The notes under the pieces: generated by a model | What the model saw: the letters and a program-made list of their open reading frames with translations, nothing else | The model's database searches: none | What the model was told of the DNA's origin: nothing | Shown here: positions 39,993 to 48,878 of the stretch, piece by piece | How the letters are laid out: every line of letters starts with the position of its first letter | How positions within the stretch are numbered: the first letter of the stretch is position 1 | Translations under genes and position numbers: made by a program | From: an uncultured Verrucomicrobiae bacterium | GTDB lineage: Bacteria > Verrucomicrobiota > Verrucomicrobiia > Limisphaerales > UBA11358 | Length of the DNA: 64,000 nucleotides | Direction of reading: 5' to 3' | Assembly (NCBI GenBank): GCA_963738225.1 | Contig: CAVTVR010000007.1 | Span: 225,533-289,532, forward strand

Positions 39993-42900
39993 TTGTTCAT
40001 GCACCGATGTTTTGCAAGCATTATGGCAATGGCGAGAACCGTTACATGGTTGCACCTGTCGGACCTGCATTCCTGCAAGACCAAAACGGGCTGGGACGCA
40101 GATCGCATACTGACAGCACTCCGGCGCGATTTGCAGTTAATGCGCGAAAAACACGATATACGTCCTGACCTGATCTTTTTCACTGGAGATGCGGCCTATG
40201 GACAAAAAACGGACGAGGGACTTTTCATTCAAGAACAGTTTGATGATGCCACTTTGTTTCTCGCCGAAATTTGCAGTATTTGCTCGGTGCCAACACAGAA
40301 CCTTTTCCTCGTTCCCGGCAACCACGACGTGAACAGAGAAACGTGTTCCATTTCCGCCGACTCTCTGCTGAAGGCTGACAATAAACCAAAGCAGGTGAAC
40401 CAGCTAATCAACGACTGCGGATCAGATTGGCGTGTGCAGATGTCGAGGCTCGCAGAGTATTGCAAGTTTTTACATAGCATCGGCAATGGCGACTTACTGA
40501 AGAATCCGGAGCGTCTGGTTTTTGCCACCAAACGCGATGTTAATGGAATCACAGTGGGCATAGCTGGACTAAACTCGGCATGGTCCTGTTTCGGTAATCA
40601 ACCAAAGGGGTCGCTTTGGCTTGGCGGCGAATGGCAAATTCAGGAATTGATGAAACAACTCCGGGACGCAGAGTTGAGGATTGGTTTGATACACCATCCG
40701 CCATCGTGGTTTGCGGAAGAGGAATCAACATTGTGGAAGCAGTTTCCGGCAAACTTTCATTTTCTCTTGCATGGCCATGAGCATGATGCTTGGGTCTCCA
40801 ATGTTGACCAGATGTGCCGTATCGCTGCCGGTGCTTGTTACGGTAAGTCACCAGCAGAGAGCGGTTATAGTTTTGTCCGCCTAGATTTGGACAAACCGTG
40901 CGCGGAGATATGGGTTCGGCGATACGGAGATAAAGTTGATAAATGGCTTCCGGAGCCTCACCGAAATTCTGGAGATGATGGAAAATCCACGCTCGAAACC
41001 TTGCCGTGGTTGCCTGTTTCCCAAATTGGAAATAGTAATGCTCAAGGCCCAGAAAGCCGGGGCATCTTTGGCAGAGCTGAAGAGATTAGAAAACTAAGAG
41101 CGCTCATTGATCGGAAGCGTGTCGTCACGGTCTTTGGATTGTCAGGCATCGGAAAAACAAAATTGATCGAGGAAGTTCGACGCGAGCAAATACAGCAGGG
41201 CTGCAGCAGCCACCAGATTATCCTCGGAGAGCGCCCGACATACGAGAGTCTTTTCCGCGAACTTGCGCCAGCGCTTGGATGCCATGATGAAGATCCAAAA
41301 GTGCCTGAAAAGTTATTCGACAAAATTGACTTTTCTGTTCTTAAGAAATTTGCAAAGCACGCACAGCCGACTCTGGTGTTCATTTCGAATGCACAGAAAA
41401 TATTTACTGCTGACGGCTTCCAATCGCTCGACGTAGCCGGCATGTTCAAGGCCATCATCGAATTTACGCCTCAAGCCCGTGTGATACTGGAGAGTCGTGA
41501 GCGGCCTCCGGATAACATTTTCCCGGCAGAGGTCTATGAAAGCTTTCGTGTTCGTGGGTTGACGATTGATGCAGTCCAAGAATACTTCCGACGCCCATTT
41601 GTTGAGCATCCAGAAATTGGTTGGCAACTGGCCCAAGCCGACGCCGAGGAAATTTGGCAGCGGCTTGGCGGAAGAGCGGGAAAAGGCGGAGACGGCGCGC
41701 ATCCGATGGGCATGTTCATTCTGGCCAGCGTCGCGAACGGTATGAATGAAACCCCAATGCACGCGCTTGAACGTCACCGCGAAACCGTATTTTACGAATT
41801 GGAGGAACAGCTGTTTAACGATCTTTATCTTCATGTTCTTGATCCGCGCGAACGACGATTGCTTCAGCTTGCATCAATGTATCGCCTGCCAATACCTCAC
41901 ACGCATATTGGCAGCTTGAACGCTGCTGTCGCCAGCCAAGATGCGTTCGATAAGCTCGTGCGGCGGTGTCTGCTTATGCCCGATGAGCAGTCGGAGCATT
42001 ACGAGGTGCACTCGCTAATTTCCGAATTGACGCTCCGGCAAATAGATTTCAAATCGGCTCAATTTCTTTCAGACCATGAAGCAATTGCCGATGCTTGGAT
42101 GAACCTATTCAAAACAGGGCGGCATGTTTCGAGACCATTTATTATTGCCGCAGCGGAAGCTGCATATCATCTAATTCAGGCCGAATGTCCTCATCGTCTT
42201 AAAGAATTGCAGACGCAGCTATTGGCGCGTCGACCAGACATTGTGGAATTTCTTGATGAATGGTCGAGGCGGTTACATGCAAATCGCAATTACGAGGACA
42301 ATTTGAGTGTGCTACAAGTCCTAGTCGCGATTGAACCCAGAAGCCACAAACACCACCGGTTTTTGGGTGAATCTATAGACCACCTTCGCGGCAAAGGCAC
42401 GGATGAGGCGTTTGAACACCACAATCAGGCTTTCCGCATAGCACCTGCGCGTCCTGAATACGCGGCAAATCTTGGAAGCGCGCTTGTTGCCTGCGGCAAA
42501 CCGCAAGCATTTCTGGATGCAATTTCAGAATTGTCCCCGGAGACACGAAGTCAGGCGATGAATGACGCTGTCGTGTCTGTCTATTGCACTTGTTTGGGCC
42601 GGTTGGGCCGGACAGATGAAGCATCGCAACTCCGCCAAGCTCGAATTCGTGACGGCTGCCGACATGCGCCCATTTTTTACGAGGAGATTATGTTCCAAGC
42701 GCACGCTGGTAATCATAAAGAATCTTTACGGCTGTTTGACATAGCTGAGAAAGTCGGCGCCATTGATGATCAATTGGAAGCAGCGAAGGCTGGAGTGCTT
42801 TCGAGAAAGGGAGACACGCAAGCTGCGACTGAACTCAGAAATCAGTTAATCAAGCGAAACATTCGAGTTGCTTCGGTTTATAACGACGAGGCATCCACAA

Positions 42901-44036
42901 TGCTGGCAAAGGGTCGGACTAGCGAGGCTCTTGCGATGGTTGAAAGAGCCAAAACCCTCGGTTGCTTGGACGACGCGACGGTTCTCATTCATGCGGGAAT
43001 CTTGCAGGCTGGCGGGCAATCTGACGAAGCCTCCAACCTGCGAAAAGAGCGATTGGCAGAGCCTGGACTACATGAACCCATCCTCTTCAACGCGGAAGCA
43101 GTATATCTGCGCAATTCAAAACGCTACGCAGATGCACTCACGCTTCTTGACCGCGCTGAAAAATTGCGATGCTCTAACTTGCATCTTTTAACGACAAAAG
43201 CGTCCGTATTGGAACTGATTGGGCGCGGTCCAGAAGCTTCGGCGATACGCCAAGCCGAGATACAACGGGGGGCACGCGATCCATTTCTCTATAATGAGGA
43301 AGCTGCCTACCTCTGCCACTGCGCTCGTCCCCAAGAAGCGTTGGACATTGTTGAACTGGCTGAAGCAAATCTCTGTGCCAATGATTTTACGCAAAGAATC
43401 AAAGCTGATATTCAGCAATCAGGCGGTGATACTGAACAAGCGAGCAGAATGCGTCGTGAACTGATCCAGCAAGGCACGGCGAATCCCGCTGTCTATGCGG
43501 ATGAAGCGATGGCGCTGGCCAGGAGGAAGGAATTCACAGAGGCATTCCAAATTCTACAACTTGCTGCAAAAACCGGAGCCGCGGATGACTACACTCTTAT
43601 CGCTAAAGCTACGATTCTCGATATGGCAGGGATGATGGAGGATGCTTCAAGGTTCCGACGGAAAGTTATTGATGCCGGAAGACGGAATGTCGTTTTCTAC
43701 AACGACGAGGCGGTCAACTTGCGCGATACGGGAGATCTCAATGGTGCCATTGTGCTTTTGAATAAGGCGGAACAGTTGGGCATTAGTAACGAATACAGCG
43801 CCACGATTCGAGCTAATATCCTATCGCGAATGGGTCATGCGGATGCGGCTTCCAAAATTCGTTCTGAATGGATCGCAAAGGGTTCACATCATGCGGCCTT
43901 TTATCACATGGAAGCAATCCACCTCAACGAAACGGGCCATTCAGTAGATGGTTTGGCTCTTTTGGACAAAGCAGTCAAAATGGGAATTGCAAATCGATAC
44001 ACCGAAACAATTCGACGCAAGCTGAAAGGTTCCTAG
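39993..44036 (+). CDS. Calcineurin-like metallophosphoesterase + STAND (NB-ARC-like) P-loop NTPase + long TPR array, 1347 aa
   Basis: Phosphoesterase motifs WLHLSDLH, FFTGDAAYG, LVPGNHDVN, IGLIHHPPSWF and LLHGHEHDAW. Walker A is VVTVFGLSGIGKTKLIEEV. The C-terminal ~650 aa contain about nine ~68-70-aa tandem units (..Y N/A DEA..L......EAL..L..AE.LG......I.A.IL...G...EAS..R.E.I..G). The true start may be the MAMARTV at about 40023. Confidence 0.85.
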   Translation: MFMHRCFASIMAMARTVTWLHLSDLHSCKTKTGWDADRILTALRRDLQLMREKHDIRPDLIFFTGDAAYGQKTDEGLFIQEQFDDATLFLAEICSICSVPTQNLFLVPGNHDVNRETCSISADSLLKADNKPKQVNQLINDCGSDWRVQMSRLAEYCKFLHSIGNGDLLKNPERLVFATKRDVNGITVGIAGLNSAWSCFGNQPKGSLWLGGEWQIQELMKQLRDAELRIGLIHHPPSWFAEEESTLWKQFPANFHFLLHGHEHDAWVSNVDQMCRIAAGACYGKSPAESGYSFVRLDLDKPCAEIWVRRYGDKVDKWLPEPHRNSGDDGKSTLETLPWLPVSQIGNSNAQGPESRGIFGRAEEIRKLRALIDRKRVVTVFGLSGIGKTKLIEEVRREQIQQGCSSHQIILGERPTYESLFRELAPALGCHDEDPKVPEKLFDKIDFSVLKKFAKHAQPTLVFISNAQKIFTADGFQSLDVAGMFKAIIEFTPQARVILESRERPPDNIFPAEVYESFRVRGLTIDAVQEYFRRPFVEHPEIGWQLAQADAEEIWQRLGGRAGKGGDGAHPMGMFILASVANGMNETPMHALERHRETVFYELEEQLFNDLYLHVLDPRERRLLQLASMYRLPIPHTHIGSLNAAVASQDAFDKLVRRCLLMPDEQSEHYEVHSLISELTLRQIDFKSAQFLSDHEAIADAWMNLFKTGRHVSRPFIIAAAEAAYHLIQAECPHRLKELQTQLLARRPDIVEFLDEWSRRLHANRNYEDNLSVLQVLVAIEPRSHKHHRFLGESIDHLRGKGTDEAFEHHNQAFRIAPARPEYAANLGSALVACGKPQAFLDAISELSPETRSQAMNDAVVSVYCTCLGRLGRTDEASQLRQARIRDGCRHAPIFYEEIMFQAHAGNHKESLRLFDIAEKVGAIDDQLEAAKAGVLSRKGDTQAATELRNQLIKRNIRVASVYNDEASTMLAKGRTSEALAMVERAKTLGCLDDATVLIHAGILQAGGQSDEASNLRKERLAEPGLHEPILFNAEAVYLRNSKRYADALTLLDRAEKLRCSNLHLLTTKASVLELIGRGPEASAIRQAEIQRGARDPFLYNEEAAYLCHCARPQEALDIVELAEANLCANDFTQRIKADIQQSGGDTEQASRMRRELIQQGTANPAVYADEAMALARRKEFTEAFQILQLAAKTGAADDYTLIAKATILDMAGMMEDASRFRRKVIDAGRRNVVFYNDEAVNLRDTGDLNGAIVLLNKAEQLGISNEYSATIRANILSRMGHADAASKIRSEWIAKGSHHAAFYHMEAIHLNETGHSVDGLALLDKAVKMGIANRYTETIRRKLKGS

Positions 44037-44119
44037 TGTCTGGTTATCTTCATCGTGGTTCAACTCCGTAATTCAATTCAATTCGCCTGAGCGATTGGCA
44101 CCATCGGTAGCCGGAAATT

Positions 44120-44330
44120 TACTGGCAACATTTTTGGTTGCCCGCTACGTTTCGGATTTTCCTGCCAATCCTTTTCCTAATCCGCCAGCGACGGCACGGT
44201 GACTTCCGCGTGTTTCGCATACGCCCGATGCACCGCCTTGGAGTTGTGCCCCAACGCCTGTTGCGCGAACCGCTCCGGGAATCCACATTTGAAATTACGG
44301 CAAAAAACACGGTTCGCGTCTTCAGCCTTT
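44120..44330 (-). pseudogene. Tyrosine-integrase 3' remnant (copy 1)
   Basis: It encodes ...CGFPERFAQQALGHNSKAVHRAYAKHAEVTVPSLAD..., the C-terminal LGH...Y segment of phage-type integrases. No upstream catalytic domain is present. Confidence 0.6.
44153..44265. repeat. 113-bp direct repeat, copy 1 (pairs with 45737-45849)
   Basis: CGGATTTTCCTGCCAATCCTTTTCC.AATCCGC.AGCGA.GGCACGGTGACTTCCGCGTGTTTCGCATACGCCCGATGCAC.GCCT..GAGTTGTG.CCCAACGCCTGTTGCG. I count about 7 mismatches between the copies by eye. Weaker similarity extends about 35 nt further left. Confidence 0.85.
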
Positions 44331-45578
44331 GTTTGATCTAGCCGAACGTAACTTTCCCACACCTTCAACCTTATCCTCGACATTCGCGCGTGGCAATGCC
44401 TCGCGACCGAGAACCGCAAGCAATCGTTTTCGGAGAAGATCCTTGAGGTGCGATATGTTTCGATAGTCGGGGACGTTGTGAACTGATAAATCAAAGTGTA
44501 GCTTTGTGCCTTCCTTTCGATACAGAATAGGTCGCTTGCCTAGCGAATGAGCATAGCCAATTTCATAATACACGTTCGGTCGCTCGCCAGTAAGATCAGC
44601 AATCAAAAACTCGGATTCTCTAATCTGCTTCAAAATTAAGTCAGTAATCCGATCTTGATGCTCCACATCGTCTGCGCGTAAAGCGTGGATTCCGAATTCT
44701 GTGCATACCTCTTTAATCGCATTGGAAATATCGTCCAGTTCCGGGTGGGCCTTGTCCATCCACATCATAATAAAGGCTGTGTTTGGCACACTGCGTATTT
44801 CCGAGGTTCCCTTTTGCATATTGTCTTTTCTAAACGGAGCCTGCCGCAGCATTTTCATGGCTTGCGAGGCGAGGTCAGCCGAAACCCTCTTAAGCTGTCC
44901 ATGTAATTGAGCATAGTCTTGGACATGTCGTGTGCGGTTCAGCACATCGCGAGGCGAAACACACATTGACCGGACAATATTGAGTGGAGCGTCCCCTTCC
45001 AACTCAAATCCCAGGGCAGTCGCAAAGCGACTTGCCATCGCGGCAAACTCCCCTTCGGAATATGGTGCCATCTCCTCAATTATCTCGAAACTAGACATGA
45101 AGGCAGTAGGGATTCGCTCTGTGCGCGTTGCCGTCGCGATGACTGTAAACCGTGGGAGATTAAGTGTAACTATTCGAGCTTTAGGCCCTCTGTCAATGGT
45201 GATGCTCACCTTAAAATCCTTCATCGCTTGAGCGAGGAACTCCGCTAGGCTCTTGTCGAGCATATGAACGTCTTCAATCAGAAGAAAATCACCCTCTTCA
45301 AACGAGGTGAGCACCCCAAGAAAATCACCCATGTCTTCTGACGCCAGGCCGTTCGTTTGCAGAACTCTGGCTTTCATGTGTTGCGATACAATCTTAGCCA
45401 AAGTGGACTTGCCCGAGTCAGGCTGCCCAACAAGAAGTATGTGGCCCAATGTTTCGCCTCTGCGCTGGGCACCCTTGATAGCGACTTCGAGCCGAGCCTT
45501 GAGCCTTTCCTGGCCAATAAAGTCTTCCAGCGTCTGCGGGACAGTTTTTTCCGATTCAGATAATTTTGTATCGTTCAT
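44322..45578 (-). CDS. RuvB-like AAA+ ATPase fused to a C-terminal nucleoside 2-deoxyribosyltransferase/TIR-like (flavodoxin-fold) domain
   Basis: RuvB-like N-terminal region: [66 protein letters not shown] and [17 protein letters not shown]-terminal region: TAFIMMWMD...[30 protein letters not shown]. Confidence 0.8.
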   Translation of the reverse strand: MNDTKLSESEKTVPQTLEDFIGQERLKARLEVAIKGAQRRGETLGHILLVGQPDSGKSTLAKIVSQHMKARVLQTNGLASEDMGDFLGVLTSFEEGDFLLIEDVHMLDKSLAEFLAQAMKDFKVSITIDRGPKARIVTLNLPRFTVIATATRTERIPTAFMSSFEIIEEMAPYSEGEFAAMASRFATALGFELEGDAPLNIVRSMCVSPRDVLNRTRHVQDYAQLHGQLKRVSADLASQAMKMLRQAPFRKDNMQKGTSEIRSVPNTAFIMMWMDKAHPELDDISNAIKEVCTEFGIHALRADDVEHQDRITDLILKQIRESEFLIADLTGERPNVYYEIGYAHSLGKRPILYRKEGTKLHFDLSVHNVPDYRNISHLKDLLRKRLLAVLGREALPRANVEDKVEGVGKLRSARSNKG

Positions 45579-45736
45579 GGCTTTGTCTAGTTGATGCGAA
45601 TTTATTGCTGGTGGTCAAGGCTATTTTGACACCAAAACTCAATCGCAGTTGCCTATCAATCTCAATTTGATTGCGTGATAGCAATAGATGATGACCGGAA
45701 AACCACCGGCAGCAATTTGGGTTGTGCGCTGCGTTG

Positions 45737-45849
45737 CGGATTTTCCTGCCAATCCTTTTCCCAATCCGCGAGCGATGGCACGGTGACTTCCGCGTGTTTC
45801 GCATACGCCCGATGCACGGCCTTTGAGTTGTGGCCCAACGCCTGTTGCG
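45737..45849. repeat. 113-bp direct repeat, copy 2 (second integrase 3' remnant)
   Basis: See copy 1. It encodes QQALGHNSKAVHRAYAKHAEVTVPSLADWEKDWQENP on the minus strand, with no integrase body upstream. Confidence 0.85.
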
Positions 45850-46100
45850 TAATCTATGTGGTAGCCGTGGATGATTTCCTTTTTGTAAGTCCCAACCATT
45901 TGCATTGCGGTCAATCCCGCCAGTTCTAATTTTGACCCAGGAGGCACAATCTTTGCCTGCTTCTTTAGCAACTGTTCAAATTCAAAAAACAAGTTTTCTA
46001 TTTCACCATAAGTGAACTGGGTAGGAACATTTGGTTTCTCTGCAATAAAAGATAATTACTCCAAAGTATTTTGTTGCAGTTGATTCTTCTGTTCAGTTTT

Positions 46101-47153
46101 TCACACGACGAATGCAACGCTATATTTTGCGCGCGTTACTGCCACATATAATTTATTGCGATCTCCCGCTTTGTCAATGTTAAATGATACAAGATACTCC
46201 TTCATTGGTTTCGTTGGAAATATCAAAACCCTCTCGTATGTTCTACCCTTTGCCGCGCCTATATTGATAGCTGGCAATTGCAGCGTGTTAGCGCTTTTGT
46301 TCCATCGAAGCACCGTTGGATTGTGGTCAGCCACGTATTTGCCAACATCGGCCGCTTTAATTTGGAAAACACCATCATGTCCTGTGACCTTCGTATTCAT
46401 TGATTTAGTTTTCCCGTATTCAGGAAATAACTTGTCAGCAAAATCGCATATTTGCTGATTGCACCGGTAACAATCATTTTTTTCTTCCATTACGATTAGC
46501 CCGGACTTTGCATGTTGAGCAAACCATTCGATGACTGCACTCTTTTTATATTGTTTGTTTTTCCCAGAATTATTAGTGCTGAAAGTTCCCTGCCGTGGGT
46601 CACCTACCGCTGTTACTGATATGGATGAATGAAAAAGCCGTTCGAGAATGTTGAGATCATAGCCCGCCAAATCTTGAACCTCATCAATAAAAATATCGTT
46701 ATACACTTTTTGAAGCCTATTAAGGACTAGACCACCAGATATTTCCTCACACGAGCATACAAATTCTGATACTCGATCTCGATAAATATTGTTCGCAGCA
46801 GTCAAATAATACTTGTCGGCATTTTTCTTTGGAGTGTATCGGTTCCAATCTGCGAGTTCTTCAAAGAGGATAGAATTAACCCGGCGATTATCCGACGTTA
46901 CGCAAGCCTGATATGGTCGGATGCCGTCTTGCAAAAGAAAGCTGAACCATGAAAGCAAGGTGATATGAACTGGAATACATCCGCACCGCGCAGTTATGAA
47001 ATCCCTAATCTGGTCAAGATTCTCGTTTGTGTATGTCGTTATCAGCACCCGGCGTGCGGTCAATTTTACCGCCGTCTCAACTACTAGAGTTGTTTTCCTT
47101 GATCCAGCACTCGCAACCACAACCCTATTTTTAGTTGATAGCGGCTTGGACAT
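46101..47153 (-). CDS. gajB: UvrD-like SF1 helicase, Gabija GajB-like
   Basis: VVVASAGSRKTT (Walker A), IFIDEVQDLAGYD (motif II), VGDPRQGTF (motif III), AAKGRTYERVLIFP and LYVAVTRAKYSVAFV (motif VI). It lies immediately downstream of an OLD-family gene. Confidence 0.75.
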   Translation of the reverse strand: MSKPLSTKNRVVVASAGSRKTTLVVETAVKLTARRVLITTYTNENLDQIRDFITARCGCIPVHITLLSWFSFLLQDGIRPYQACVTSDNRRVNSILFEELADWNRYTPKKNADKYYLTAANNIYRDRVSEFVCSCEEISGGLVLNRLQKVYNDIFIDEVQDLAGYDLNILERLFHSSISVTAVGDPRQGTFSTNNSGKNKQYKKSAVIEWFAQHAKSGLIVMEEKNDCYRCNQQICDFADKLFPEYGKTKSMNTKVTGHDGVFQIKAADVGKYVADHNPTVLRWNKSANTLQLPAINIGAAKGRTYERVLIFPTKPMKEYLVSFNIDKAGDRNKLYVAVTRAKYSVAFVV

Positions 47154-48735
47154 ATTGCGGGAAAGTAACTCTTTCTTTTGTTTCAAAAAGGATCAGTGCG
47201 CTTTCAGTTTTGTTCTCAACCATAAAAGCACTCATCTCCGCCGGTGTTTTGCAGGCTGTTCCCATGACTTTATTTAAGACTTTCAAGTCGTTTACAGCCA
47301 CTATTTGCGGCTCCAAGGTGGGAAGCAAATCGTTGTTATCAGCATAAATCTTGATCGTGCCGATTCCAGCATAAGGCGCGTATTTCTTCACAATCTTGTT
47401 TTGGTAATCACCATCGTTATCAGTCACAACGGCCACGTCGTTTGAAAGCTCCTTGGCAATATCAAGGAAACGTGTGAAGGATAGGCCACGGACATTTACG
47501 ACATCTACCCCAGCCTCGATTGGCAACTTGCCGTATTTAACCAAAAAGGCTTTCTGTATTATCAGTTCATCAGATGGCCCTTCAACCAAGATGACTTTCT
47601 TTGCCAAAATCAGACGCAACGTGTCATAACCAGACAACCGCTTGAAATATGACTGCGTATCTTTGGGCAGGTGTTTTAGGACAGAGTGTTTTGTATCATG
47701 CAAGAAAATCACTTTATCAATGCCTAATTTGTTTAGGACGTAGGCACTGTGCGTCACGATCACAATCTGCTTTCCAGCGCACTTTTCCCGAATTTTATTT
47801 ATCAGCATACTCATCGAAGAATATGAGAGGTGGTTTTCGGGTTCCTCGATAAGAATGATGTTTGCTTCCTTTGCCTGACGTTCGAGCGCCAACATGATTT
47901 TCAAGGCACTTTGTTCACCTTTGCCAATAAATTGAAATGGTAATTCGTCTAAATGCGGAGTGAGGGCATTTTCCCAATTAGTCTTTTGAGAGGTGTCGAT
48001 TGAAATCGCCAGCTTCTTACTGGTGATCGCGCCTTGTTTTTGTGTGAGCTTGGCATTGATGCCAACGATGGCTGCTTCCGCAGAAAACTGCTCTTTCAGT
48101 TTTCGGTAGGCGATGGCGAGAGAAACCTTTTCTTTAGCATCAAGGCTGCCATTGATAATCTCCTGCAAGAAATAATCTGTGCCGCTTTGCAAACGAATCG
48201 TCGTTGCGTCTATGTTCGATACTGCTATTGGGAGACTTCGCGATGTAATGGCGTGATTTGCAAACGAATACCAGGTTGATTTGTAGTATTCGGTCGGGAT
48301 CGTTTTAATTTGCGCCCTGTTTTCGAGCAGCTTCGTGTATTCCTCAGCATATTCGTCATCAAACGCAATAATCAATTTAAGCCCGACACAATCCGTCTTT
48401 TGCGAGTTGTTATTGCCGCGAAGCCGCTCCAATTCCGCAGATTCTTTCAAATATAATTCAATCAGGATTTCTGGCGGCAACGGATTTTTATCAGCCACAA
48501 CTTCTTTCAAATAACTATCTACGCATGTCTTGTTGAACAAGTGCGACGTAATCTCATAGTCAATTACCTTGCCGTTGATTCGCTTCGTTAGGGCCAAAGC
48601 GATAGCTTCAATGATCGTTGATTTTCCAGCCTCATTGTTGCCTACAATGATATTGAGATCATCATTGAGTGATAATGTTAAAGATTGAAAAATCTTAAAG
48701 TTTTTTATGTAAATCTGGTTTATCATAGTCATCAC
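47131..48735 (-). CDS. gajA: OLD-family ABC-ATPase + TOPRIM nuclease, Gabija GajA-like
   Basis: IKNFKIFQSLTLSLNDDLNIIVGNNEAGKSTIIEAIALAL (Walker A), ILIEEPENHLSY (Walker B / D-loop), and the C-terminal TOPRIM KVILVEGPSDELIIQ...AVVTDNDGD. Confidence 0.85.
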   Translation of the reverse strand: MMTMINQIYIKNFKIFQSLTLSLNDDLNIIVGNNEAGKSTIIEAIALALTKRINGKVIDYEITSHLFNKTCVDSYLKEVVADKNPLPPEILIELYLKESAELERLRGNNNSQKTDCVGLKLIIAFDDEYAEEYTKLLENRAQIKTIPTEYYKSTWYSFANHAITSRSLPIAVSNIDATTIRLQSGTDYFLQEIINGSLDAKEKVSLAIAYRKLKEQFSAEAAIVGINAKLTQKQGAITSKKLAISIDTSQKTNWENALTPHLDELPFQFIGKGEQSALKIMLALERQAKEANIILIEEPENHLSYSSMSMLINKIREKCAGKQIVIVTHSAYVLNKLGIDKVIFLHDTKHSVLKHLPKDTQSYFKRLSGYDTLRLILAKKVILVEGPSDELIIQKAFLVKYGKLPIEAGVDVVNVRGLSFTRFLDIAKELSNDVAVVTDNDGDYQNKIVKKYAPYAGIGTIKIYADNNDLLPTLEPQIVAVNDLKVLNKVMGTACKTPAEMSAFMVENKTESALILFETKERVTFPQYVQAAIN

Positions 48736-48878
48736 CTGCTGCGTATAGTTCCGCGCAAAATCACGAAATCAATTGAAGCGGGTCAGTTGAAAAATTATAC
48801 AACGCCAACCACTCACAGGTCAACCTAATTGGCTGCACGCTCGCTTCAAAGCATACAAAACCGCACGACTTTACGGGC

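Noticed and set aside
39560-40183. 207-aa minus-strand ORF and the overlapping + strand ORFs at 39622-39958
   Set aside because: It overlaps the 5' end of the STAND gene, and composition changes abruptly inside it (a GC-rich patch at 39700-39960). No motif was recognised in either strand. It is probably a fragment of foreign or host DNA, but the coding strand could not be decided.
45850-46075. Open frame continuing upstream of integrase remnant copy 2 (…KCSYQFTYGEIENLFFEFEQLLKKQAKIVPPGSKLELAGLTAMQMVGTYKKEIIHGYHIDYA)
   Set aside because: No start codon follows the upstream stop, and there is no similarity to integrase catalytic regions. It is likely a gene fragment and is not called.
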